A stretch of 15,389 nt of DNA from Candidatus Bathyarchaeota archaeon. Its GTDB lineage: Archaea > Thermoproteota > Bathyarchaeia > Bathyarchaeales > Bathyarchaeaceae. Made by a program: the position numbers and the translations under genes. The notes under the pieces were generated by a model, which saw only the letters and a program-made list of their open reading frames with translations, was not told the DNA's origin and did not search any database. The first letter of the stretch is position 1. Each line of letters starts with the position of its first letter. Positions 7,637 through 14,877 of this stretch are shown here, piece by piece. The stretch is taken from the NCBI GenBank assembly GCA_963697165.1, contig CAVOMX010000013.1:1-15389 (forward strand), in the 5' to 3' direction.

Positions 7637-7933
7637 CTATCTTGGTTTCCAGATACATTTTATTGCATTCTGGCTACATGCTTGAATACAAGGCACGCTG
7701 CCGCTTTCAGGTTTGCATGGCGAACAGGTGTATCTGATTTTTTTGCGGTGCTCTTCCGTAACTGCGGCTACCATCTTGTCTTCCAGGTCAATAAACATGG
7801 CTTCCATTTTCAAGGCATTCTGTGGACATTTCTGTATACAGTCGCCGCAGCTGTCGCATTTCTCCGCGTCGATGACTATGTAGTATTCACCTGATCCATC
7901 TTGGTAACCATAATATGTTATAACCTGTATCAC
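7637..7933 (-). CDS. 2[4Fe-4S] ferredoxin, BzdM-like
   Basis: YYGYQDGSGEYYIVID N-terminus, CDSCGDCIQKCP and CSPC-x8-CIQAC. Start moved to GTG 7933 (uncertain) because the track's 8026 start overlaps the upstream gene. Confidence 0.85.
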   Translation of the reverse strand: MIQVITYYGYQDGSGEYYIVIDAEKCDSCGDCIQKCPQNALKMEAMFIDLEDKMVAAVTEEHRKKIRYTCSPCKPESGSVPCIQACSQNAIKCIWKPR

Positions 7934-7937
7934 CCTC

Positions 7938-8840
7938 TCAGCGTTTGAGAGACTTCTCATATAATGCCTTGGCGAATAGGGCAGCTCCAATAGCGCCTGC
8001 GGAAGCGGGGTCCCGGCCAGTTTCATTCAAGTCTGGAACTGGAAGTCGCTTTACGCCCAGTATGTTCTCCACTCTGTGGACTAATCCGATGTTTTTGGAT
8101 TGTCCACCAGTTATTACGAAGTCTTTTTCGCAGCCCACCTTTTCTATGAGTTCGCTCATTCTGACAGCCATGGCTCTGATATATGACGCTAACACCTTCT
8201 CTTTAGACCATCCCTTACGCAATAGCCCAACTGCCTCTGTTTTCGCGAATACAACACAGGTGCTGCTAACAGGCTCAGGTTCCTCAGTTACTCTCAGGGA
8301 TACTTTGCCAACATCTTCGATGGGTATCTTCAACAAGTCAGCGATGACTTCCATTCCTCGTCCCGTGCCAGCTGCACACTTGTCGTTCATCAGAAAAGAT
8401 ACAACTTTGCCGTTCTCGTCGCAGCGAATAGCTTTGACGTCCTGCCCGCCAACATCCAGCACCGTTCTTACGGATTGTCCCCAGATGTAGTTGGCGCCTT
8501 TGGCGTGGCATGCAATTTCTGTGATGGCTCTGTTAGCCATGGGAACATTAACTCGTCCGTAACCAGTTCCCACAATATAATTGAAGTCTTTTAACGTCAA
8601 TCCAGTGTTTTCCATTGCCCACCCAAGCGCTTTATTTGCGCTATCAGAGCTGTTTGAGCCAGTTCGCATTACGCTCCACGCGTATATCTCCCCATCAGCC
8701 ATGATTACCGCCTTAGAACCCACTGAACCAACGTCGACCCCAGCGGTTATTACTTCAGCATTCTTCCAGTTCATGTTTGGCATAACTCGTTGATACTCGA
8801 GCCATCTCCAGTAATCCATTTTTCCATTGTTTTTCTCCAT
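7938..8840 (-). CDS. bzdQ: ATP-dependent activator subunit, benzoyl-CoA reductase BzdQ-like (BcrAD/BadFG ASKHA family)
   Basis: YWRW...ITAGVDVGSVGSK N-terminus recalled as typical of BzdQ; GTGYGR, EIACHAKGA, DVGGQD, MNDKCAAGTGRG and SSTCVVFA (two cluster Cys). Confidence 0.85.
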   Translation of the reverse strand: MEKNNGKMDYWRWLEYQRVMPNMNWKNAEVITAGVDVGSVGSKAVIMADGEIYAWSVMRTGSNSSDSANKALGWAMENTGLTLKDFNYIVGTGYGRVNVPMANRAITEIACHAKGANYIWGQSVRTVLDVGGQDVKAIRCDENGKVVSFLMNDKCAAGTGRGMEVIADLLKIPIEDVGKVSLRVTEEPEPVSSTCVVFAKTEAVGLLRKGWSKEKVLASYIRAMAVRMSELIEKVGCEKDFVITGGQSKNIGLVHRVENILGVKRLPVPDLNETGRDPASAGAIGAALFAKALYEKSLKR

Positions 8841-8844
8841 CAAT

Positions 8845-9627
8845 TTATTGCCTCCTTCCAGCTCTTTTGGCGGCGATTAAGGCTGCTCCTACTGCGCCGG
8901 CATACAGTGGTTCTTCAGGTATCAGTATGTCCATTCCCATTCGTCTCTTAAGAGAAGCAACAAAACCGACATCTTTGGCCGCTCCTCCCACAAGCACAAT
9001 ATCCTGATTTATTCCCAACCGATGCACCATAGAGGAGACCCTCTCAGCCATGGCATCAAAGATTGCCCTTGCGATTTCGCTCTTTGGTTCTTCCCTATGA
9101 ATCAAAGAAACCACATCAGACTCCGCGAAGATGACACAACTAGCATTTATTGGGCTTGCCCGCTCTGCCTTCAAAGCCAATGAACCCATATCCTCCAAAT
9201 CCACTTCCAATGCTCTAGCCATTGCCTCGATGAAGGTGCCGGCTCCGGCTGCACACCGGGCATTCACAACAAAATCCAGAAGTACTCCATTTTCGTCACA
9301 CTTAACTGCCCGCGCATCCTCAGCCCCAACATCTACCACTGTTCTGGCTGAAGAAAAAAAGTAGGCTCCTGCTCTGGCGTCTGCTCCCATCATGCTTATA
9401 CTGCTATCTGCGAATGGAGCCATCTTAACGCCTGCGCCAGTTGCCGTAACATGCTGTATGTCTGTGCGGGACAGCTTTGCGTTCTGCAGTGCCTCTTCGA
9501 AGGCTTGTTCAGCAGCTTTTGTAGGTTCGAATCCTGAAAATTGTTGGCACTGAGCTATTATTTGTTTGTCTTTCAGAATTGCCACCTTCACCCTTTGGGT
9601 GCCCATGTCTATTCCAGCGGATATCAT
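8845..9627 (-). CDS. bzdP: ATP-dependent activator subunit, BzdP-like (BcrAD/BadFG ASKHA family)
   Basis: AGIDMG, ATGAG, DVGAED, NARCAAGAGTFIEAMARAL and NASCVIFAESDVVSLIH. Confidence 0.8.
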   Translation of the reverse strand: MISAGIDMGTQRVKVAILKDKQIIAQCQQFSGFEPTKAAEQAFEEALQNAKLSRTDIQHVTATGAGVKMAPFADSSISMMGADARAGAYFFSSARTVVDVGAEDARAVKCDENGVLLDFVVNARCAAGAGTFIEAMARALEVDLEDMGSLALKAERASPINASCVIFAESDVVSLIHREEPKSEIARAIFDAMAERVSSMVHRLGINQDIVLVGGAAKDVGFVASLKRRMGMDILIPEEPLYAGAVGAALIAAKRAGRRQ

Positions 9628-9639
9628 TTCTTGTTCTCC

Positions 9640-10974
9640 TCAAATGTCGATACGGGCTTCCAGCATCTCTAGGAATGCTTCAACTCTTGTCTTCATCTGT
9701 CCCACATCTTCCCTGGTGTATTCCGTGTCAAGGTAATACACGGGTATATTCATGCGGTCTAGGACACGCTTGATTCGCGCGTACTCCATGGCATAGAGAA
9801 TGCACCCTCGAACTACGTAATAAATTACTCCGTCAACCTTGTATTCTTTGATTCGATCCATAATCCAGTTCACGCGGTCCTCGTTTCCATGTTCTGATGT
9901 GAAGCAGGGGCATGTGCATGCCATGATGTATCGTTCGCTTATGGCATCTAGCATGTCGCTCATTGTCCATTCATCTACTCCAACGGGATCAAAGAGAATT
10001 CTGTCCCCCGAACATTGTTCATCAATAACCACTACTCCCTGGGGGTTAGATTCTTCAATCAGGTTAGGAACCTTCCAGCTGTCTGGCCATAACATTGGGG
10101 TTCCTGTAATCATCACTCTTGGTGTGTCAGGATGAGAAGAATACTCTTTTTGTTCAACCCGTTTTTCTAGTTCCTCGCACAACTCGTTCACCTTTTGTGT
10201 CCAACGTTCAATGTTGTCCCAGAGACTAGTTTGGTTCACAAGCATGGCATCTCTTCCATTGATTACTGGAGCTCCTTTCCGTATTTCCTGTAGCCTACGA
10301 AAAGCCTTTGTTGCTTTCTGCATAGTCTCTATTGCGTCTTTAAGTTTTTTTCTGGTGATCTTGTTTCCTGTCAGTTTCTCAATTTTTTCTTTTATTACAA
10401 TTAAATCTTTTTTCCACATTGTCAAAGTGTGGGGATCATCTTTGACGCGTGGAGGATTCATGACCCATATTGGTTTGTAGTCTGACAGGATTTCGCTCAG
10501 TTTGGTTCTACCATCGCATGTCAGAGGGTTTATTATGGCATCGCTGAGCTCAAGATATGGGGACAGGCTCACCATCTTTGCGCCGACCGTTGATCTTATA
10601 ACGGGGCAGACTTCAACGGGCATGATTCTGTCTCCCAGTTTTGCTGTGTCATACCATCCTGAACCTATACGAACCGGAATGGCGCCGGCGGCCAAAATCA
10701 GTTCGATCGGAGCGAGAATGCAGGAGTAGCCGATGACCTTTTTTCCCGTTTCTTTTTGTTCACGAATCTCTTTTTCGCGTTGCCCAAACAAGTTTGAGAT
10801 TTCATCAAAATATTCCATGGCTTTCGGTCGGTTCTTCCATGTTTTTTTCATTCTTTCAATGTTTTCTTTGATCACTTTCATGGATACTGCTTTGATCGAG
10901 TTTCTAAGTTCCTCGATTTCTGTCTTGGACATATCAGGAATATATTTTGTTCCTTTTTCGATTTCGCTTGCCAT
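9640..10974 (-). CDS. 2-hydroxyacyl-CoA dehydratase D (HgdD) family Fe-S protein, double-cubane cluster reductase-like
   Basis: GYSC85, PIELILAAGAIPVR, EVC123P, LTC153DG, EQC321SG, C353TC355PC357, RGC391 and C-terminal TEY...GQMKTRVEAFLE. AAGGGG RBS upstream. Confidence 0.85.
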   Translation of the reverse strand: MASEIEKGTKYIPDMSKTEIEELRNSIKAVSMKVIKENIERMKKTWKNRPKAMEYFDEISNLFGQREKEIREQKETGKKVIGYSCILAPIELILAAGAIPVRIGSGWYDTAKLGDRIMPVEVCPVIRSTVGAKMVSLSPYLELSDAIINPLTCDGRTKLSEILSDYKPIWVMNPPRVKDDPHTLTMWKKDLIVIKEKIEKLTGNKITRKKLKDAIETMQKATKAFRRLQEIRKGAPVINGRDAMLVNQTSLWDNIERWTQKVNELCEELEKRVEQKEYSSHPDTPRVMITGTPMLWPDSWKVPNLIEESNPQGVVVIDEQCSGDRILFDPVGVDEWTMSDMLDAISERYIMACTCPCFTSEHGNEDRVNWIMDRIKEYKVDGVIYYVVRGCILYAMEYARIKRVLDRMNIPVYYLDTEYTREDVGQMKTRVEAFLEMLEARIDI

Positions 10975-11376
10975 TCACATCCCCTTTTTATTCTTCTTTT
11001 GACCAGTTTTTGGATTTGTAGATTGGTTTGCGCCTGAAATGTAACTTACGATGTTTGGAAGGCACGCGGAAGCACAGAAATTAAGTCTATACACTAACGC
11101 TAATATAAACGAGGCAAAGTATGGGTTCGAAATTTGTTGTAACATAGTCATCTTAAGTTTGCCCTTAAACTTGTTAGAGCAGAAAATATAGCATAATAAC
11201 ATTTAACTATTGCCATAAAACCAGCGAATTAACTATTCAATATTTTAACTTCAAACTACAATCTTCCACTCTTTTTCCCTATAATTACTATGACATAAGT
11301 TGTTGGTTTAATTGATTGGATTAATATGTCGTAAGATTTAATAAACATCTTTGATTCCTATTATGGGGGGAATATT

Positions 11377-12282
11377 GTGCAACCAGTAGCTGATTTGAGA
11401 TTTACTGCGCCTCTGAAAATAGTTTACTCTTTAACTTTAGGCGGTGTAGCTGCTTGGTATTTGTTCTTTTATTTATCTTATTGTCTAGGAAATGTTGGTT
11501 GGACTGGAGATAATGTCTTTTCTGTTTTTCTAATGAATTTACCTTTTCTATTTGTCATGACTGCCCTTCCGTTAGTAATCTTTACTTTAGTTTTTCTTAT
11601 TAAAGGTGGAGGATTAGACTACTTCAGAAGCTGGAATGCCGGAAAGAAATTGCCTATTTCAGCATTGACAATCATAATTGGATACATATTTGTTGTTTTC
11701 AGACCAAACACAAGTGTGACACGAGGGTATGCCCCAAATCATTACGACTTTTATTACTCATATTTTGGGTTGATCTTAATTGCTGCAGGCTTTGTTTCCA
11801 TACTGCTATACAGGAGACAGGTTTCATCTTATGAAGACTCAACCGCACATAAAATAAAGTGGAAGAGCAAAAAAACCGTTCTAGTCTTTTCTGTGATCTT
11901 GATTTTTTCAATTTTGATAGGTGGCTATTACCTGAAGGTTCAAATGGAATATGAAAATCTGCAACAAAGCTATCTATCAATTAAAGAGGGGTTTCCATTT
12001 CTAGTCAACGATGAATGGACAAACAATGAAGGCGTTGACTCTAACTATATCAACTATAAGGGCGCAATATTCAATTCAGGCTTGAATAAAAAATACAATA
12101 TTACTTTGTTGGTGAGCATTAGAGACCCAAACGGTATATGGCTTGAAAGAGCAGAAATTCCAATTGGAGACATTGATGGTTGGAACTATATAGCATTTGA
12201 CGTTAAAGTTGACTATTCTGGAGAAATGGCAGATGTATTTACAACTTATGCGTGGGATGACCCCAACCCTATGCATGGCTAG
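11377..12282 (+). CDS. Hypothetical membrane protein (~5 TM helices, C-terminal beta-rich extracytoplasmic domain)
   Basis: 301-aa ORF with hydrophobic segments, a G-rich RBS-like sequence before GTG 11377, and a C-terminal YKGAIFNSG...NITLLVSIRDPNG Ig-like pattern. Confidence 0.7.
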   Translation: MQPVADLRFTAPLKIVYSLTLGGVAAWYLFFYLSYCLGNVGWTGDNVFSVFLMNLPFLFVMTALPLVIFTLVFLIKGGGLDYFRSWNAGKKLPISALTIIIGYIFVVFRPNTSVTRGYAPNHYDFYYSYFGLILIAAGFVSILLYRRQVSSYEDSTAHKIKWKSKKTVLVFSVILIFSILIGGYYLKVQMEYENLQQSYLSIKEGFPFLVNDEWTNNEGVDSNYINYKGAIFNSGLNKKYNITLLVSIRDPNGIWLERAEIPIGDIDGWNYIAFDVKVDYSGEMADVFTTYAWDDPNPMHG

Positions 12283-12359
12283 GAATTATTATTCAAGCTA
12301 ATTTTCATTGAATATTAAATATAGTTTGGTCAAACAACTCTTTCAAGAAGCCATTTAAC

Positions 12360-12440
12360 TAAACAAAACACCGGTTTTTCGTTACATGAAACGACCAACT
12401 AATTAACAAACAAAGCTAGTTGAGAATGAACACTAGAAAA
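12360..12440 (+). repeat. ~81-bp direct repeat, copy A
   Basis: Aligns to 14775-14856 with 14 mismatches and 1 gap (hand alignment, ~82%). Identical core GACCAACTAATTAA. Confidence 0.85.
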
Positions 12441-12560
12441 TTCATTGTATGACATTTTATCTTCGAGTGTCCACAAAGCATTTTTAGGTGTTGGATACAA
12501 AAAACACTTACCATAAGTTTTCATTTTAATGTATTAAGCTCTGGTTTAGGTGTAATTTCA

Positions 12561-13526
12561 ATGGAGGAAATTATTAAATGGCTTTTGGAAGGAGAGCCTT
12601 GGGTTGAATACCGAACTCGCGTGGATTTGCTAGAACAATCTGAAATGGAATCTGAAGTAATTCATGCAAGAAAACAAATTATTACTCATCCAAAAATCCA
12701 ATTATTATTAGAAGAACTGAAAAACTGGCCTGGGACTGTCTTAAGTAGTCATAAAAGTGCAAGGCAGTCTTTCCATAAACTATCTTTTATTGCAAATTTT
12801 GGTCTAAAAAGCGACGATCCTCCAATTAATGAAATAATAAAAAAAATATATGAACATAAATCGGATGAAGGACCTTTCCAACTACCAATGAAAATTTCAA
12901 AACATTATGGAGGATCAGGAAACAATGAATGGGCATGGGCTTTATGCGATGCTCCAACCATAATTTATTCCTTAATAAAATTTGGACTTGACACAGATGA
13001 ACAAATTCAAAAAGCTGTAAGATACTTGGTTGACCTAGTCCGCCAAAACGGATGGCCTTGCGCTGTTTCAAAGGAACTGGGTAAATTTAGAGGACCAGGA
13101 AGAAAAGATGACTCTTGTCCTTATGCGACTCTTGGAATGCTCAAGATGTTATCTCAATTGGATAATTGGAAGGATAGCAAAGAAGTTCATGTTGGAACAG
13201 AATGCTTACTAGATTTGTGGAATAAGAGCAAAGAGCTGCATCCTTACATGTTTTATATGGGAACCGATTTCAGAAAAATCAAAGCACCATTGATTTGGTA
13301 TGATATTCTGCATGTTTTAGACGTGTTATCTCAATTTGATTGGTTAAGAAAAGATCCAAGACTAGAAGAAATGATGGATATAGTGAAGTCAAAGGCTAAT
13401 GATGAAGGAAAATTTATTCCTGAATCAGTATGGATGGAATGGAAAGGTTGGGATTTTGGACAAAAGAAACAACCTTCACGATGGCTTACATTCTTAATTC
13501 TAAAAACGCTAAAGAGAACTGGATAA
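12561..13526 (+). CDS. Conserved hypothetical protein, probable alpha/alpha-barrel (prenyltransferase/squalene-cyclase-like repeat) fold
   Basis: 321-aa ORF: IKWLLEGEPWVEYRT, QNGWPC, MGTDFRKIKAPLIWYDILHVLDVLS and PSRWLTF. Trp-rich helical pattern; function unknown. Confidence 0.7.
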   Translation: MEEIIKWLLEGEPWVEYRTRVDLLEQSEMESEVIHARKQIITHPKIQLLLEELKNWPGTVLSSHKSARQSFHKLSFIANFGLKSDDPPINEIIKKIYEHKSDEGPFQLPMKISKHYGGSGNNEWAWALCDAPTIIYSLIKFGLDTDEQIQKAVRYLVDLVRQNGWPCAVSKELGKFRGPGRKDDSCPYATLGMLKMLSQLDNWKDSKEVHVGTECLLDLWNKSKELHPYMFYMGTDFRKIKAPLIWYDILHVLDVLSQFDWLRKDPRLEEMMDIVKSKANDEGKFIPESVWMEWKGWDFGQKKQPSRWLTFLILKTLKRTG

Positions 13527-13593
13527 TAAGTTGAAACGTTTTCAATTTTTTATTAACTGGTTTTTTGGGTTTGGGGGGTTAAAATTTTACCCT

Positions 13594-13611
13594 AAAAAAG
13601 GGGGATTTTTG
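13594..13611. repeat. AAAAAAGGGGGA motif, copy 1 (others at 13998-14009 and 14854-14865)
   Basis: Exact 12-mer occurs three times. Copies 1 and 2 extend to A6G5A(T/G)TTTTG. Confidence 0.7.
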
Positions 13612-13716
13612 CAAGAATACAGTTTGACACTGTCCAAACTAAAAAATATCAACCTCAAATTTTTGTCTAGGATTATTTTTATAGCTAATAATCTATTGTT
13701 CTAATGGGGATTTCTT

Positions 13717-13983
13717 ATGAAGAATGATGATAGAGTTTGTCAGAGTTGTTGTTTACCGTTAAATGAAGACACATGTGGAACAGAGGCTAATGGAGATAGA
13801 AGTGAGGACTATTGTTGTCATTGTTATAAAAGCGGAGTTTTCACTAGGCCTGATACTACTTTGGAAACATTATTAGATATATCCGCAGAAGTTTGGGCAG
13901 AAAAAGATCCAAACATCACTCTTGAACAGGCTAAAGTTCAGCTTAGAAAGAAAATGCCTACTCTCAAAAGATGGACCGATTAA
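13717..13983 (+). CDS. Zinc-ribbon domain protein (Zn_ribbon_2-like)
   Basis: CQSCCLP...GTEANGDRSEDYCCHCYKSGVF...MPTLKRW matches the CQSCGMP / YC.YCY / LKRW family pattern. Confidence 0.85.
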   Translation: MKNDDRVCQSCCLPLNEDTCGTEANGDRSEDYCCHCYKSGVFTRPDTTLETLLDISAEVWAEKDPNITLEQAKVQLRKKMPTLKRWTD

Positions 13984-13997
13984 CAATTCTATTAATC

Positions 13998-14015
13998 AAA
14001 AAAGGGGGAGTTTTG
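13998..14015. repeat. AAAAAAGGGGGA motif, copy 2
   Basis: 17 of 18 bases identical to 13594-13611. Confidence 0.7.
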
Positions 14016-14082
14016 TAGAGGTCAAAAAATAACAATAAGAAATAAGACAAGTGAATAGTTGAGTTAGAAGGAGAATTTTAAG

Positions 14083-14271
14083 TTGTTTCTCAAGGATGAA
14101 ACTATGTTGGCGATAGGTATGATATCAATGGCACTGGGTATTCTGATTGGTCGCTTTCTGCAATTTGAATACTCAGGTTTTTCGGTTTCAGATTTCTTGG
14201 AAGGAGTCCTTATTGGGGTATCCCTTGTAATGAATCTCGCTTATCTGATAAGCCGGAGATCAAAAAAGTGA
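14083..14271 (+). CDS. Small two-TM membrane protein
   Basis: 62 aa with two hydrophobic helices around SDFLEGVLIGVS, a basic C-terminus and an AAGGAG RBS before the TTG start. Confidence 0.7.
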   Translation: MFLKDETMLAIGMISMALGILIGRFLQFEYSGFSVSDFLEGVLIGVSLVMNLAYLISRRSKK

Positions 14272-14294
14272 TTAATGTGTTTGGGTTTGAGAGC

Positions 14295-14657
14295 TTAATT
14301 TTTATCTTTAATGTGTTCTTGTAATTTTTTAATTTCTTCTGGATTTGCAGAATCAATAAACTCTAACATCTTTTGTTTGTTTCTAATTTCTTCCAGTCTT
14401 TTTTTCTGCTTTTTGATACTGGTATATATTGGATAAACTCGCCACAACTGTCTAAGCATTATTGCAGTTGGATCAACGGTTTTTGAGACAAGTCCTTCAT
14501 CAACTAGCTCTTTCAGATAATCTGTTAATCTTTGTCTTGAGATGTGTTTCTCTGATCGATTTTCAACAAATTTTTTGAGAAGATGAGTCCATCGTGTTTT
14601 TCCCTTGTCCTCAATAAAGAGGGCAATATCGTATTTTGAAAAATGAATAGATCTCAT
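14295..14657 (-). CDS. Winged helix-turn-helix DNA-binding protein
   Basis: RWTHLLKKFV...ISRQRLTDYLKELVDEGLVSKTV is a wHTH recognition helix and wing. GGGGA RBS-like sequence upstream. Confidence 0.75.
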   Translation of the reverse strand: MRSIHFSKYDIALFIEDKGKTRWTHLLKKFVENRSEKHISRQRLTDYLKELVDEGLVSKTVDPTAIMLRQLWRVYPIYTSIKKQKKRLEEIRNKQKMLEFIDSANPEEIKKLQEHIKDKN

Positions 14658-14674
14658 TTTTAGATTTAATCCCC

Positions 14675-14720
14675 AATTAGACTTAATCTAATATCAGACT
14701 AATTAAGATTATGTCTAATT
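14675..14720. promoter_or_regulatory. Inverted-repeat operator candidate upstream of the wHTH gene
   Basis: Arms AATTAGACTTAATCT (14675-14689) and AGATTATGTCTAATT (14706-14720) are 14/15 complementary. Each contains AGA-N5-TCT. Confidence 0.55.
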
Positions 14721-14774
14721 TATTTGGATTGTGCATGCATACAACAGTTCAATGCATTAAAGTGATTTTTTTCT

Positions 14775-14856
14775 TAAACAAAACATCAGTTTTTTATTCC
14801 ATAAAATGACCAACTAATTAAAAAACGAAGATGGTTAAGAAAGAAAAACTAGAAAA
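14775..14856 (+). repeat. ~81-bp direct repeat, copy B
   Basis: See copy A. Runs directly into the third A6G5A motif. Confidence 0.85.
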
Positions 14857-14865
14857 AAAGGGGGA
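14853..14865 (-). terminator. TCCCCCTTTTTTT terminator of the terminal membrane-protein gene
   Basis: Pyrimidine/T7 tract starting 13 nt after the corrected stop at 14878. Confidence 0.6.
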
Positions 14866-14877
14866 GTCATTGTTTTT

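Noticed and set aside
7637..10974. Canonical four-subunit benzoyl-CoA reductase
   Set aside because: Only one HgdD-family subunit is present, with a six-Cys pattern, and no other benzoyl-CoA pathway genes are in the window.
10975..11202. 75-aa minus-strand ORF as a leader peptide of the reductase operon
   Set aside because: No RBS or motif. It spans a likely TATA box (TTTATATT on minus, 11102-11109) and the RBS of the operon.
815..13071. Short antisense or overlapping ORFs (e.g. 815, 1499, 3233, 3330, 4267, 5039, 5903, 6137, 6641, 6743, 7619, 7945, 9131, 9839, 10211, 11699, 12826)
   Set aside because: Shadow frames of well-supported genes with no motifs of their own.
11377..14271. Integron cassette array (co-oriented unrelated genes; attC-like GATTAAC...GTTAGAA at 13978-14069)
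   Set aside because: Only the outer TAAC/GTTA and TATT/AATA pair, there is no central stem, no comparable site follows the other genes and no integrase is present. An IntegronFinder run would settle it.
6627..14737. ATTGTGCATG shared upstream of both intact wHTH genes (6627 and 14728)
   Set aside because: A 10-mer match is expected by chance in 15 kb, and the orientations relative to the two genes differ.
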